Origin: an uncultured Deferribacteraceae bacterium
Lineage (GTDB): Bacteria; Chrysiogenota; Deferribacteres; CAMZNJ01
Direction of reading: 5' to 3'
Length of the DNA stretch: 64,000 bases
Assembly (NCBI GenBank): GCA_947313855.1
Contig: CAMZNS010000026.1
Coordinates: 2,141-66,140 of the forward strand
Within the stretch, counting starts at the first letter, position 1; each line of letters starts with the position of its first letter. Positions 17,463-28,836 of this stretch are shown in pieces. The position numbers and the translations under genes were made by a program. The notes beneath the pieces are model-generated. The model made no database searches and was not told the origin of the DNA. It was given only the letters and a program-made list of their open reading frames with translations.

Positions 17463-19445
17463 ATGACCAAACCAACACTACACGTAACAACGCCGATGTA
17501 CTACGTAAACGATATTGCTCATATCGGACATGCGTACACCACAATTGCTGGGGATGTGCTTTGTCGCTACCGTCGCATGACGGGGTACGATGTATTTTAC
17601 ACCACGGGGACGGATGAGCACGGTCAGAAAATCGCCGAAGCCGCTGAAGGGCGGGGGATGACGCCGAAACAGCTTGCCGACACTGTTGTCACAAAGTTTG
17701 TTGACCTGTGGGACACCCTAAACATCGACTACCAGAGCTTCTCACGCACCACCGATGTTGGGCACAAAGCTAGTGTTCAGAAGGAGTTCCAGTCCATGTT
17801 TGACAATGGCGACATCTACTTGGGCAAGTATTCGGGGTACTACTGTGTGCCGTGCGAATCGTTTTGGACGGACACGCAACTTGGTGAAGGGGCGGTGTGT
17901 CCATCGTGCAACAGGGGTGTGAAGATTGTGGAGGAGGACAGCTACTTCTTCCGATTGAGCCGATATCAGGACAAGCTGTTGCAACATATCAAAGACAACC
18001 CAAGCTTCATACAGCCTGAGGCACGACGCAATGAGGTGGTATCGTTCATCGAAAGCGGGCTCAACGATCTGTCGGTTTCGCGTACATCGTTTGATTGGGG
18101 GATACATGTGCCGTTTGACAACAAACACGTGGTTTACGTGTGGCTCGATGCCCTATCCAGCTACATAACTGCCCTCGGTTATGGCACCTCTGATGCCAAC
18201 TTCCAGCGGTATTGGGGGAACACCATCCACCTTGTGGGGAAGGATATTCTTCGCTTCCACACCATCTATTGGCCAGCATTCCTTATGAGCATGGGTGTGG
18301 AGTTGCCGAAGCAGGTGTTCGCCCATGGTTGGTGGACTGTTGAGGGGCAAAAAATGAGCAAATCCTTGGGGAACGCCATCAACCCTGTGGAGCTCGTAAA
18401 CGATTTCGGTGCCGACGCTGTGAGGTACTTCCTCTTGCAAACCATGCCCTTCGGAAACGACGGCAACTTCAGCTATGAAGTATTCATCTCCAAAATCAAT
18501 CACGACCTCTCCAATGACTACGGCAACCTAGTCAACAGAGTCGCACAAATGGTGCACAAGTACTTCAACTCCGTGATGCCACACCTAAGTACCAAACATA
18601 GTGACGCAAGGGAGAACCCTGAAACATACAAAAAACTATTCCCACTGGAACACCACTTGGACGAACTGCTAGATCAAACTGTCCGTACGGTGGATGCCTC
18701 CATGGACACACTGTCGTTTAACGAAGCACTCAAGGCGATTAGAGCCTACATCTCCGCAACAAATAAATACGTGGATGCGGCAAAACCGTGGACGGTGGCA
18801 ACCGAAGGAGATATGGATCGTCTTGGTGATATCCTCAATCGTGCGATGAATGCGTCGTTGCTTGCGACCCGACTTCTGTCGCCGTTTATGCCCGAAACAG
18901 CCGACAAAGTATTTGTGTTGTTGGGCGTGGAGAATCCCTTGTTGGCAAGTAGCGAGAAGTTGAAGTTGGATATGGTGTCGGGTGGTCAGAAGATTACCTT
19001 CAATACGCAGCTTTTCCCTAAGGTGGACGCGAAGGTGTTCCTTGCGAAGCGGGGTGCGACCACTTCTACCACGGGGAACGCGACCACGGGGAACGCTGAT
19101 GTTGTGTCTACCGTTGGTATCGATGAGTTTTTCAAAACTCAGATACTTGCTGGGAAGATTATGGCGGCAACGGCTGTTCCGAAGTCGTCGAAGCTTCTTC
19201 AGCTTAGTGTGGATTTTGGTGGTGCGATGGGCACTGCTGAGAACGCGACCATTGTTGCAGGTGTGAAAAAAACGTACGCACCTGAGGATTTGGTGGGCAA
19301 GACGGTTGCGTTTGCTGCCAACATCAAGCCTACTAAGATAATGGGCGTGCTTAGTCAGGGTATGATACTTGCTGTTGATAATGGTACGCGTCATTTTGTG
19401 ATGGAGTTGGATGATTCCGTTGTTCCGGGCACCCGCATTAAGTAG
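17463..19445 (+). CDS. metG: Methionyl-tRNA synthetase with C-terminal tRNA-binding domain
   Basis: HIGH, GTDEHGQK, Zn knuckle (CVPC, CPSC), YVWLDA, KMSKS. Start is 17451 or 17463. Confidence 0.97.
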   Translation: MTKPTLHVTTPMYYVNDIAHIGHAYTTIAGDVLCRYRRMTGYDVFYTTGTDEHGQKIAEAAEGRGMTPKQLADTVVTKFVDLWDTLNIDYQSFSRTTDVGHKASVQKEFQSMFDNGDIYLGKYSGYYCVPCESFWTDTQLGEGAVCPSCNRGVKIVEEDSYFFRLSRYQDKLLQHIKDNPSFIQPEARRNEVVSFIESGLNDLSVSRTSFDWGIHVPFDNKHVVYVWLDALSSYITALGYGTSDANFQRYWGNTIHLVGKDILRFHTIYWPAFLMSMGVELPKQVFAHGWWTVEGQKMSKSLGNAINPVELVNDFGADAVRYFLLQTMPFGNDGNFSYEVFISKINHDLSNDYGNLVNRVAQMVHKYFNSVMPHLSTKHSDARENPETYKKLFPLEHHLDELLDQTVRTVDASMDTLSFNEALKAIRAYISATNKYVDAAKPWTVATEGDMDRLGDILNRAMNASLLATRLLSPFMPETADKVFVLLGVENPLLASSEKLKLDMVSGGQKITFNTQLFPKVDAKVFLAKRGATTSTTGNATTGNADVVSTVGIDEFFKTQILAGKIMAATAVPKSSKLLQLSVDFGGAMGTAENATIVAGVKKTYAPEDLVGKTVAFAANIKPTKIMGVLSQGMILAVDNGTRHFVMELDDSVVPGTRIK

Positions 19446-19446
19446 G

Positions 19447-19529
19447 GGGCGGTTACGCTACCGCTACCGCTACGACCACGGCGACCACGGTTGCGTTGGC
19501 ACGGTTACGCTACCACCGCTACGACCATG
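19447..19529. repeat. Degenerate nested repeat (CGGTTACGCTACC / CGCTAC / CGACCACGG) between convergent metG and tyrS
   Basis: Read directly. Confidence 0.85.
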
Positions 19530-20735
19530 CTATGTTACAACTAGTTTGGCAAACTTCCTCTTGCCGACCTTCAGCACGTGCTCCCCATTGGTGAGTACGT
19601 GTGCGGGGTCGTTGATTCGTTCGCCGTCGATACTTACCCCCCCTTGCGATATATTTCGTCGCCCTTCGCTTTTCGAGGTGACCATTGCACATTCCACCAT
19701 GGCGTCTAGTACTGTTGTGGTGTTTATGTTGAAGTGTGGCATGCTGTCGGGGTTTTCTTTTTTGGAGAAGACCTGTTCGAAGTTTGCTCTTGCGTCTGTG
19801 GCGTCTTGTTTTGCGTGGTATATTTCTGTGATGTGCCCTGCCAGAATTTTTTTTGCTTCCATTGGGTGTAGGGTTCCGTTGTCCGTATCTTTCTGCATGG
19901 ACAGTATTTCGCTAGTGGTGAACCTTGTCAGCAGGGTGTAGTACTCCCACATGATGCTGTCGGGTATGGACATGAGTTTGCCGAACATGGTGTTGGGGTT
20001 GTCGGTGATGCCCACGTAGTTGCCTAGGGATTTGCTCATTTTGTCGCCCCCTGACAGTCCAACGAGTAGTGGCATCATTAGTGGTATTTGTGTTTCTTGG
20101 TTGTAGCACCGTTGTAGGTCTCGTCCGACGAGTAGGTTGAATTTTTGATCCATTCCGCCGAGTTCCATGTCAGCTTTCATTGCGACGGAGTCGTACCCTT
20201 GCACTAGTGGGTAGAGTAGTTCGTGCATGGCGATGGGTTGGTTGTTTTTGAATCTATTGGTGAAGTCATCCCTTTCGAGCAGTCTTGCGATGGTGTAGTT
20301 TGATGTTAGTTTGATGAAATCGGCTGGCATCATAGCGTTAAACCATTGGCTGTTGTATGCGATGGTAGTTTTTTCGGGGTCGAGTAGTTTGAAGACTTGT
20401 TGTTTGTATGTTTCGGCGTTTGCGTCTATCTGTTCGCGTGTTAGTGGTGGTCGTGTTTCATTTTTGCCAGTGGGATCACCGATCATGGCTGTGAAGTCGC
20501 CGATGAGGAATTGGATATCGTAGCCAAGTTCTTGCAGTTGACGCATCTTGTTGAGCAATACGGTGTGTCCGAGGTGTAGGTCGGGTGCTGTGGGGTCGAA
20601 TCCTGCTTTGATGATCATGGACGACTTTTCGCCACTCAAAAAACGCTCCACCTTATTGGCAAGCTCATGGTGTGCCACTATTTCCGCACTACCACGGCAG
20701 ATTATGTCCAAATGTTCTTGCAGATCCTGTTTCAT
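19530..20735 (-). CDS. tyrS: Tyrosyl-tRNA synthetase
   Basis: [23 protein letters not shown] and an S4 domain. Confidence 0.98.
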   Translation of the reverse strand: MKQDLQEHLDIICRGSAEIVAHHELANKVERFLSGEKSSMIIKAGFDPTAPDLHLGHTVLLNKMRQLQELGYDIQFLIGDFTAMIGDPTGKNETRPPLTREQIDANAETYKQQVFKLLDPEKTTIAYNSQWFNAMMPADFIKLTSNYTIARLLERDDFTNRFKNNQPIAMHELLYPLVQGYDSVAMKADMELGGMDQKFNLLVGRDLQRCYNQETQIPLMMPLLVGLSGGDKMSKSLGNYVGITDNPNTMFGKLMSIPDSIMWEYYTLLTRFTTSEILSMQKDTDNGTLHPMEAKKILAGHITEIYHAKQDATDARANFEQVFSKKENPDSMPHFNINTTTVLDAMVECAMVTSKSEGRRNISQGGVSIDGERINDPAHVLTNGEHVLKVGKRKFAKLVVT

Positions 20736-20763
20736 AACAACTAAACTCCAAGTTTGATATTCG

Positions 20764-21600
20764 TTAGGTGTAGGCTAATGTAAAAAAGATACGATGTATG
20801 GGGGTGGAGAAGAGGGCGTAAACCACGGCAGAAACACCAAGCATGGGGGCGAAGGGGATGGGAATTCGCAGGGAACCGCGACGCAAGGCTATGACGATGC
20901 CAACAAGGATGCCGAAAATAGACGCAAACAACATAACAAACACAGCACCGAAAGGGGTCAAATAAAGGCACAACATCCCCATAAGTTTGTAGTCACCAAA
21001 CCCCATCATCTCCATGTTGCGTAGGCGTCCGTAAATGGTGGTGGGCAAAAAAAGGATGCCAAAACCAACAACACCACTAAACACAGCACTACTAACACCA
21101 GCAATACCAGCCGTCGCAAAACTAAGAACCAAACCGGAAATAATGCCAAACACGATAATGGAGTCGGGGATGATGCCCGTTTCAAAGTTGGGGTCAAGGG
21201 CTGTGTCTAAATCGGCAGTGGCGGCTGCTAGTGCGAAAAATGATAGCAAAAACAATGATAACGAAAAAGGGGCAAAACCGAAACGGTAAGCGATGAAAAA
21301 ATATACGAAACCAAGCAAACCCTCCACAAAAGGGTAGTGAACAGGGATGGAACCACCGCAACAGGAGCCACGACCACGCAACAAAAGGTATGAAACAAGG
21401 GGGATGTTGCGGTAAAACGGGATAGCAGTTTCGCAATCGCGACAACAGGATCGTGTGAGCAGTGAGATACCGCGAGGGAGACGAAATGCTAAGGCGTTGA
21501 TAAAGCTACCAAGGGCGAGACCGACGATCATGCTCCAAATGGGGAATAATCCGAAAGTGTTAACAACAGCGATGGTGGTATCATTGTGAGCGGTGAGCAT
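20764..21600 (-). CDS. pilD: Prepilin peptidase
   Basis: [32 protein letters not shown]. Start uncertain. Confidence 0.9.
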   Translation of the reverse strand: MLTAHNDTTIAVVNTFGLFPIWSMIVGLALGSFINALAFRLPRGISLLTRSCCRDCETAIPFYRNIPLVSYLLLRGRGSCCGGSIPVHYPFVEGLLGFVYFFIAYRFGFAPFSLSLFLLSFFALAAATADLDTALDPNFETGIIPDSIIVFGIISGLVLSFATAGIAGVSSAVFSGVVGFGILFLPTTIYGRLRNMEMMGFGDYKLMGMLCLYLTPFGAVFVMLFASIFGILVGIVIALRRGSLRIPIPFAPMLGVSAVVYALFSTPIHRIFFTLAYT

Positions 21601-21612
21601 GGTTCGTTCTCC

Positions 21613-21685
21613 GTGTGTTGTGTTGCCGTGTTGCCGTGTTGCCGTGTTGCCGTGTGCCGTGTTGCCGTGTTGCCGTGTGCCGTGC
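21613..21685. repeat. 8-bp tandem repeat (GTGTTGCC)n with 6-bp variants
   Basis: Read directly. It abuts the stop codon at 21685. Confidence 0.93.
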
Positions 21686-22635
21686 TATTGATTTTTCACA
21701 ATTTCGTCTATTTTGAGTGCGATACCGAGTGTATCGAGGTCACGTTCGGGAGCTATTGTGTTTGTGGATTTCCCTTCGACGAGGTCGAGGAAGTGTATGA
21801 TTTCGCTTTTTAGAGGGTTTGCTTTGTAGACGAACAGTCGTTCTTGTGTGTATTCGCTACGGTAAGTCATCTCTTCGCGTCCGTACATGTGCGAGCTTGC
21901 TGCTCCTTTGTAGATGTTGATATCTTGTGTGGTGTAGTCGAGCAGGATGTAGGAGTCTTTTTGGCTAATGAGCATTGTGCGGTCTTTTTTTTCGGTGAGT
22001 CGGCTAACGACCATGTTTGCTACGGCACCGGATTCGAATTGGAGTGTTGCGGCAACAGCATCGGCGGCGTTTCGTCCGGGTATAACTGTGCCGTGTGCGG
22101 AGATGCCTACAACGGGGGAGCTTATCATGTTGGCAACGAGATCGATATCGTGAATCATGAGGTCGAGCACAATGGAGTCGCCCCCCACGGAGTTGACGAA
22201 AGGACCGACACGACGTGTTTCGATGAGGTAAGGGTTGTCGATTAGTCGTGATATTTCCATGATGGCACCGTTGTATCGTTCCACATGTCCTGTGAGTAGG
22301 GTGAGGTTGGAGTTGGATGCGAGTTGGAAGAGTTCTTTGGCTTCTTGGATGGATAGGCAGAGTGGTTTTTCGGCTAAGACATGTTTGCCTGCGAGTAGGG
22401 CGTTGCGAATAATTTCGTAATGGGAGGGTGATGGTGTGGCAACAGAGATGACGTCCACATGTTTGAGCATCTCTTTGTAGTCTTGGTAGTAGGGTACGCC
22501 GTCGTTTGAGGCAAACTCTGCTACCTCTTTGCGTGGATCGGAGACTCCCGCGAGTGTGCATCGGGTGAGTCGACTGAGTATGCTGTAGTGGTGTCGTCCC
22601 ATTCGTCCGGCACCGATTAAACCGTATCGTAGCAT
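21685..22635 (-). CDS. Gfo/Idh/MocA oxidoreductase, probably GnnA-like UDP-GlcNAc 3-dehydrogenase
   Basis: GLIGAGRMG, EKP, GHVERYN, DLMIHDID; starts 4 nt after the lpxA stop. Confidence 0.8.
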   Translation of the reverse strand: MLRYGLIGAGRMGRHHYSILSRLTRCTLAGVSDPRKEVAEFASNDGVPYYQDYKEMLKHVDVISVATPSPSHYEIIRNALLAGKHVLAEKPLCLSIQEAKELFQLASNSNLTLLTGHVERYNGAIMEISRLIDNPYLIETRRVGPFVNSVGGDSIVLDLMIHDIDLVANMISSPVVGISAHGTVIPGRNAADAVAATLQFESGAVANMVVSRLTEKKDRTMLISQKDSYILLDYTTQDINIYKGAASSHMYGREEMTYRSEYTQERLFVYKANPLKSEIIHFLDLVEGKSTNTIAPERDLDTLGIALKIDEIVKNQ

Positions 22636-22639
22636 ATAT

Positions 22640-23422
22640 TTACCTCCCGTAACTGCGTTTGCTATCTTGGTTGATGAAGTTTAGGAATTCTTGTATTTCT
22701 GGTATTTGATCGAGGTCAGCTATCTGTTGTCGTACTTCGGCGAGGGTAAGGTTTTTGTCTGTGTAGATGCGTAGGGCGACTTTGAGTGCGGCGATGGTTT
22801 TGCGGTCCATCCCGTTGCGTCGCAGTCCGACAGTATTGAGTGCTGTGGAGTACCCTTTGTGTGGTGTGGCGGTGGTGTATGGGGCAACGTCTTTGGTGAT
22901 GCGGGTGTAGGAGACCATGGCGAGTTTGCCGACGCGTAAGAATTGGTGGATGCCAACATGACCGCCAAGGGTAGCACCGTCGTCGATATGGGCATGACCG
23001 CTAACACCGCTGTAACCGCCAAGGGTAACGTTGTTGCCGATGATAACGTCGTGACCGATGTGTGAGCAGTGTAGGAAGTAGTTGTTGTTGCCAACAGTGG
23101 TCGTGCCGCCGCCAGCAATGGAACCACGACTAATGTTTGTGTGTGGGTAGAAGACGTTACCGTTGCCGACATGCAAAAACACATCTTCGCCGTCGTAGCC
23201 GTAAATCTGGGGATCGCCACCAACAAGGGCGTAGGATTTGACAATATTGTTGGTGCCGAGGGTGGTGTTCCGTCCTACCATGCCATGGGGTTCCACAACG
23301 GTGCCCGAGGCGAGGGTGGTGTTGGCACCGATGAATGCGAACGCACCAACATGGGCATTGGGGTGGATTGTAGCCGTGGGGTCAACAATTGCCGTTGGGT
23401 GAAGTGCGGGCTCCGTTTGCAT
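22640..23422 (-). CDS. lpxA: UDP-N-acetylglucosamine acyltransferase
   Basis: Hexapeptide repeats, GGDPQ, HIGHD, HQF, LNTVGLRR. Confidence 0.93.
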   Translation of the reverse strand: MQTEPALHPTAIVDPTATIHPNAHVGAFAFIGANTTLASGTVVEPHGMVGRNTTLGTNNIVKSYALVGGDPQIYGYDGEDVFLHVGNGNVFYPHTNISRGSIAGGGTTTVGNNNYFLHCSHIGHDVIIGNNVTLGGYSGVSGHAHIDDGATLGGHVGIHQFLRVGKLAMVSYTRITKDVAPYTTATPHKGYSTALNTVGLRRNGMDRKTIAALKVALRIYTDKNLTLAEVRQQIADLDQIPEIQEFLNFINQDSKRSYGR

Positions 23423-23467
23423 AATTTGATTACATCCTTGTATATTTTTGGCGATGGTAGTGGTGTG

Positions 23468-23959
23468 TTATTCGGCGTTAACGTTGTTATTCTCGTTATT
23501 TTTGGGTGTGATTTCGCAGTAAGTACGGATGGCTGCGGAAGCAACTTTTTTGCCGTTAACGGTGGCATAGCAGTCGAAATCGTAGAACCGTCCACGTTTT
23601 TTCACTATCTCTGTGTGCAAGACGAGGACGTCGCCAGGGACGATTTGTGTTTTGATTTTGAACCTGTCCACGGAGATGAGGAAAACTTTTAGGTCGGAAA
23701 CATCAACGTCGATTTCGTCGATGATGATAAAGTACAGACCACAAAACTGTGCCATGCTCTCGATAACAAGAACGCCGGGGTAGATGGGATTATCGGGGAA
23801 ATGTCCTATGAATGCGGGCTCGCTCATGCTAATATTTTTGATGCCGTATAAAACGTCGTCTTCGTCGCGAACTACTCTGTCTACCAGTGCGAAAGGGGCA
23901 CGGTGTGGCAGCGACTTTAGGATATCATGGTGATTTAAAACTACTTCGTTATGATTCAT
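23468..23959 (-). CDS. fabZ: 3-hydroxyacyl-ACP dehydratase
   Basis: [27 protein letters not shown]. Confidence 0.96.
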   Translation of the reverse strand: MNHNEVVLNHHDILKSLPHRAPFALVDRVVRDEDDVLYGIKNISMSEPAFIGHFPDNPIYPGVLVIESMAQFCGLYFIIIDEIDVDVSDLKVFLISVDRFKIKTQIVPGDVLVLHTEIVKKRGRFYDFDCYATVNGKKVASAAIRTYCEITPKNNENNNVNAE

Positions 23960-25781
23960 AATCTTCTCTCTCTTTTTTTATAATGGTTTTTAAGACTTTT
24001 GTGTTTTTGGTAAGGAATGAAAGCAAGACGCGTTCGCGACTCCAATGCTCCCATAGCTTGGCGGGGGTGCCAACATAGATGCCACCAGCTTGGGTGAGAT
24101 TTTTGGAGACAGAAGTGGTGGCATAGAGGCGAATACCGCTAGCAACAGTGATGTGATCCGAAATGCTGGCGGCACCACCCATCATAACGTAGTCGCCAAG
24201 GGTGGAGCTACCGGCAACGGCACTTTTACCCGCCATGATACAACCACGACCAAGAATAACATTGTGGGCGATGTGGCATTGGTTGTCGATCTTGCAACCG
24301 CTACCAATAACTGTGTCACGAATGGCACCGCGATCGATGGTGGTGCCTGAGCCGACCTCGACGTTGTTGCCGATGATAACGGAGCCAACTTGTGGTACTT
24401 TGATGAATTCACCCGCAATGAAGCGGAAGCCGAACCCGTCGCCACCGATGGTTACGCTGTTGTGCAGGGAGACGTTGTTGCCGATGGTGGCTTCAGCGGA
24501 GATGGTTGTACCTGAGCCTATTTCGCAAAAATCGCCGATGGTTACGCCAGATTCGATGTGTGCCGAAGGGCTGATGGTGCACCCTTTGCCGATGGTTACG
24601 CCAGCACTAATGTGGGCGAAGCTGCCGATGCGACAACCCTCGCCAAGGGTCGCAGTTGGGTGTACGAATGCCCGTGGGGATATCTCCAAGTAACCGCCGA
24701 GCATCCAGCGTAATTCCCATGAAAGGAGGGTGGTTAGGAGTTGTAGGCTTGCAACACTTCTTGAGTCGAGGTGGTTTTGAGCCAGCCATGGGGGTGTTGC
24801 GTTGTCGTTGCCGTTGTCGTTGCCGTTGTCGTTGTCGCCAGCGGTGCTCGAACCAGCGTTGTTAGGGAAGATACTGCCCATAATGACGGCGGTGTCTTCA
24901 GTGGTAATGGTAATGGTGCTGTAAGTGGGGGTGGGTGAGTACTCGCCAATATTTTTCAGGAAGGAGTGTAGGGCGGGTCTCAGGGTGTTGGAGAGCCACA
25001 CCCATGGTTCTGTTTCGGAGTTGTTGTCATGGTTGTGTGTATTTGATGTGGCGGTCATGGCGGTCATGGCGGTTGCTAGGGGGTAGAAAGTGTTCATTAG
25101 GCTTAGCATGGCGGTGTCGGCAGTTTCGTCACCATCGTGGGATGGGATAACGATACCACAATGGTCGGGGGTGAATGCGACACCTTCGAGGACGATAAAC
25201 AGCTCACAAGCATGCGGCGTACCCTCTGCTTCCATGCGATTGAGTTTGTCTGCAATATTTTGGGTGGTGACCAGAACGGCAAGCCCTGATTGTTGATCGT
25301 TGTAGTCGCTTAGCCCCTGAATGATATTTACGCTGTGCCCTTGATGGTTGTGGTAGCTGAGGTTGCGTAGGGGTGTGTTGTTGCTGTTGTTTAGGGGTGT
25401 GTTCGTGATGGCACTGTGGAGTTGTGTTGCGAGTTGTGCAAGAGGGTCGTTGGGCGTGATTGTGCCGTTGCGGAAACGGTTGCCTGAAGTGATGAGTGTT
25501 GGTGGTAGGGGAGCAATGTTCTCTTCATGTGCGGGAGTATTTGCGGGGTTTGGCATGCGGAATCCTACACGATGGTAGAGGTCTTCCATGTGTTCGAACA
25601 GGAAGCGGTACATGGTGGTAGCGTCGTGTATGTGTTCGTTGCCGTCAGCCCATTTATGTTGATGCTGCTGTTGTTCATCAGAAGTTGTATTTTTCAGTGT
25701 TGCAAGAGTTGTGTAGAAGGCACCTTGCAGTTTTGTTTCCAGCTCCTTGGCTGTGAAAGTTCTATTTCTTCTTTTTGCCAT
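23949..25781 (-). CDS. lpxD: UDP-3-O-acylglucosamine N-acyltransferase with a greatly expanded N-terminal half
   Basis: [30 protein letters not shown]; located between skp and fabZ. Confidence 0.92.
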   Translation of the reverse strand: MAKRRNRTFTAKELETKLQGAFYTTLATLKNTTSDEQQQHQHKWADGNEHIHDATTMYRFLFEHMEDLYHRVGFRMPNPANTPAHEENIAPLPPTLITSGNRFRNGTITPNDPLAQLATQLHSAITNTPLNNSNNTPLRNLSYHNHQGHSVNIIQGLSDYNDQQSGLAVLVTTQNIADKLNRMEAEGTPHACELFIVLEGVAFTPDHCGIVIPSHDGDETADTAMLSLMNTFYPLATAMTAMTATSNTHNHDNNSETEPWVWLSNTLRPALHSFLKNIGEYSPTPTYSTITITTEDTAVIMGSIFPNNAGSSTAGDNDNGNDNGNDNATPPWLAQNHLDSRSVASLQLLTTLLSWELRWMLGGYLEISPRAFVHPTATLGEGCRIGSFAHISAGVTIGKGCTISPSAHIESGVTIGDFCEIGSGTTISAEATIGNNVSLHNSVTIGGDGFGFRFIAGEFIKVPQVGSVIIGNNVEVGSGTTIDRGAIRDTVIGSGCKIDNQCHIAHNVILGRGCIMAGKSAVAGSSTLGDYVMMGGAASISDHITVASGIRLYATTSVSKNLTQAGGIYVGTPAKLWEHWSRERVLLSFLTKNTKVLKTIIKKEREDYES

Positions 25782-26301
25782 AAGATGCGTCGTAGATTTT
25801 TAATATTTCGTTGGTAACGTCGTCTTTGGGGTCGTAGTAGATGATTGTTGGTGGGGCAGTGTTCATGAGAATGGAGTAGTTATTTTTTTTTGCGTACGTG
25901 TTTGATATTTCGGCGACGTCTTTGTAGATGGAGTTGAGGGCTTGAGCTCGTAGAGAGTTGAGTTCTTGTTGTGTTACGGCGAGTAGTTGTTGGTATTCGG
26001 CTTGTGATTGGTAGAGTGCTTTTAGAGCCTCTTCTTGTTTGGCTTGTGACCAGATTTTGCTATTATCTTGAATCTCTTTTTGAGCTTTGAGGAGGTTTTT
26101 TTCGGCACTAGCGATAATCTCTTTTTTGTCGGTGTCGAATTTTTTCAGGTCGTCGAGGGATGATTTGCCGGCTTTGCTGTTCATGGCAATGAGGTCGAGG
26201 TTGATGAAGCCGATGCGTTGGGATACGTTTTCGTTACCGAGTGCTAGTGTAGAGATTAGCACAAAGGTTGCGAGGAGCACCCAGATTTGAGTAAGTTTCA
26301 T
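25762..26301 (-). CDS. skp: Periplasmic chaperone Skp/OmpH
   Basis: Signal peptide, IGFINL, coiled coil, DVTNEILK; located between bamA and lpxD. Confidence 0.9.
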   Translation of the reverse strand: MKLTQIWVLLATFVLISTLALGNENVSQRIGFINLDLIAMNSKAGKSSLDDLKKFDTDKKEIIASAEKNLLKAQKEIQDNSKIWSQAKQEEALKALYQSQAEYQQLLAVTQQELNSLRAQALNSIYKDVAEISNTYAKKNNYSILMNTAPPTIIYYDPKDDVTNEILKIYDASYGKKKK

Positions 26302-26412
26302 AAAATTGTCTCCGTTTTCGTCGAATACGTTGTTTTCCCAATGTTACCATATTTGAGTGGAACATACAAGGTAATTCGTGTATTGCTAAAGTTTCTTCGG
26401 TGTAGTTGCGTA

Positions 26413-28836
26413 TTAGAAGGCGACGTTTCCTATGCCGAAGTGCACCAATCCTGTTGCTGAGTCGTATTTGTAGGGTGTGAGTTTGTGTCCGAATTCGAGT
26501 CGGAACAGGCCAGCAGGTGTGCGGAATCGTAGTCCGATACCTATTGATTGTAGTAGCCCTTCGTTGTACTGTTTGCCTACGACGTTAAACATGTATCCGC
26601 CATCGTAAAAGACAACAGCTTGTATGTACCCTTCGTTGTTGATGGATGCGATGAGTTCTTGTGAGAACACGAAGAAGTTGTCGCCACCGATGATACCGTC
26701 GTCGGCGTGTATGGCGATGGAGTTGGGTGAGAATCCGCGTATGGAGCCGATACCACCGCGGAAGTAGCGTGCTTCGCCGGGTATTGGGTTGTTGTTGAGG
26801 GGGAGTAGTGTTGATTGGTTTGTGGTAGTGTTGAGTGTGAAGTACTCTTTGAAGGTGTAGTAGTTTGCGGCGTAGGCGAATATCTCTTGGTAGTTTTCGT
26901 CGCCACCGAGAACGCCCCCTGTGTAGGTGTACCGCATGCCGGCACTTTTTCCGGACGCTGGGTAGAGGTTGTTGTTGAGTGAGTTGTAGTAGACGGATAG
27001 GTCGGTGGACCATGTGGTGGAGACACCTTCACTATCGATGATGCTTTGTGGTGTGAATTGTGCTGATGCGTTGTAGATCTCTTTGCGACGCCAGTTGAGT
27101 CCTACGGCACCGTAGAGGTTTGGCACAAAGATGTTGCGGAAAACGGTGGTTGAGAGTCCGATTTCGCGGGAGCTGTAAGACAGGGATGAGACGTCTTGGT
27201 GGTTGCTGTAGTAGACGGTTGATCGGAGCCCTGTTTTGGAGTCGAACACTCTGGGGTTGGTGAAAGACAGATCGATGGTTGAGTCGTCAAACCCTAGTTG
27301 CACGGTGGTATCGACTAGGTAGCCACGCCCCCAGAAGTTGTCTTTGTAGAGTTTGCCGATGATGAGGAAGTCGCCGTTGGTGGTGAAGCTGAGTCCGAGG
27401 TTGAATTCACCGGTGGCGGATTCTTCGAGTGAGACTTCGAGGTCCACGTATTTTTTGCCTGTGGATTCGTTAACGGTGAAGTTTTTGTAGTTGTAGGTAA
27501 CGTTGGAGAAGTAGCCTGTGCGGATGACGTTGATGTATCCTGACTGCACATTTGAGGCGTTGATGAGGTTGCCTTCGGGCATGGAGTCGAATTGTCGGCG
27601 TATTATTCGGTCTTGGGTGACGGTGTTCCCCACAACATTGAGGTGGTTGAGGTAGTATTTGTCCCCTTTGTTGATCATGAATTCTATGTTGAGCACGGCA
27701 ATATCTTGTGTGCCTCGAAATTGAAATTGCACGTCGGCGAGGATGTAACCGAGGTTGCTGAATTTGCTACGAATACTTTGCGATGCGTCTTCGAGTTTGC
27801 TTGCGTCGATGGGTTTGCCTGCATCGAGGTCGACTAGGTCGAGTAGTTCTTCGGCGGAGAATAGGTTGTCGTTGCCGGTGATGCTGAGGTTGCCGAGGTA
27901 GAATATGTCGCCTTCGTCGATATCGAATGATACGCGGAGTATGCCTTTGGCGTCGTCGTCTACGCTAACGCGTGCTTCGGATACGCGTACGTTGAGGTAT
28001 CCTAGTCGTGCGTATTCGGCGATGATAATCTGTTTGTCTCGTCCGAGTTTGGCGTAGTCTAAAATCCCTGTGCTGCTTAGTTTTGACCAGAAGGATTTCT
28101 CTTTGGAGAGTAGTTTTGATCGTAGTTTGGCTTCATCGAGGACGGTGTTGCCGGGGAAGTCGATGTTGTAGATTTTGGCTTTGAAGCCTTCGTTGACGAG
28201 TATGTTGATGTCGAAGTTGCCGTTGTTGGGTTCGAGTGCGTATGCGATGGAGTAGTTGGAGTATTTTTTGCTGGCAATATATTTATTGAGTTCCACGGCT
28301 GTGGAGTTCATTAGGTCTCGGGTGTATGTTTTGTTGGTTTTGAGCGTAGATTTGGAGACGAGTGTTTTGGATTTGAGTTTTACGTTGCCTGTGGATGTTA
28401 CGCTGTTGACTTTGGGGTTGTCGTAGATGTGGTATACGATGGCAACATTGGCACCGTCGGCTTGTTCGTACAGGTCTACGGCGACATACTCCACTTTGTA
28501 GGTTTGGTAGATCTCTTTGATGCTGTCGTCGAGTTGTTGGTAATCGAAGGTGGTGCCCACTTGTACGGCAACGGTGGCGAGTGCGGTTTGTGAGTATCTT
28601 GAGTTGTCGGTGAAGTCAACGGAGGAGATACGCAATTGTTTGTCCATGGCATTGTTGGGAGAGATGGGTGTGCCTGTGCTGATGTATTCGGGTATGGATA
28701 GGGTGTTGTTGTCGGTAGGTTTGTCGCCGAGTGCCGTGTTGGGGAGCAGGGTTAGTGTGGGTGTCAGTATTAGTAGGGCGACACTGAGTAATGCGATTAG
28801 TTTGTGTTTGTGTGCGAGGGGTGTGTTTGCGGTCAT
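26413..28836 (-). CDS. bamA: Outer membrane protein assembly factor BamA
   Basis: POTRA-like repeats (GN..TQDRIIRR), NFWGRG, SIRGF, C-terminal Phe. Confidence 0.93.
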   Translation of the reverse strand: MTANTPLAHKHKLIALLSVALLILTPTLTLLPNTALGDKPTDNNTLSIPEYISTGTPISPNNAMDKQLRISSVDFTDNSRYSQTALATVAVQVGTTFDYQQLDDSIKEIYQTYKVEYVAVDLYEQADGANVAIVYHIYDNPKVNSVTSTGNVKLKSKTLVSKSTLKTNKTYTRDLMNSTAVELNKYIASKKYSNYSIAYALEPNNGNFDINILVNEGFKAKIYNIDFPGNTVLDEAKLRSKLLSKEKSFWSKLSSTGILDYAKLGRDKQIIIAEYARLGYLNVRVSEARVSVDDDAKGILRVSFDIDEGDIFYLGNLSITGNDNLFSAEELLDLVDLDAGKPIDASKLEDASQSIRSKFSNLGYILADVQFQFRGTQDIAVLNIEFMINKGDKYYLNHLNVVGNTVTQDRIIRRQFDSMPEGNLINASNVQSGYINVIRTGYFSNVTYNYKNFTVNESTGKKYVDLEVSLEESATGEFNLGLSFTTNGDFLIIGKLYKDNFWGRGYLVDTTVQLGFDDSTIDLSFTNPRVFDSKTGLRSTVYYSNHQDVSSLSYSSREIGLSTTVFRNIFVPNLYGAVGLNWRRKEIYNASAQFTPQSIIDSEGVSTTWSTDLSVYYNSLNNNLYPASGKSAGMRYTYTGGVLGGDENYQEIFAYAANYYTFKEYFTLNTTTNQSTLLPLNNNPIPGEARYFRGGIGSIRGFSPNSIAIHADDGIIGGDNFFVFSQELIASINNEGYIQAVVFYDGGYMFNVVGKQYNEGLLQSIGIGLRFRTPAGLFRLEFGHKLTPYKYDSATGLVHFGIGNVAF

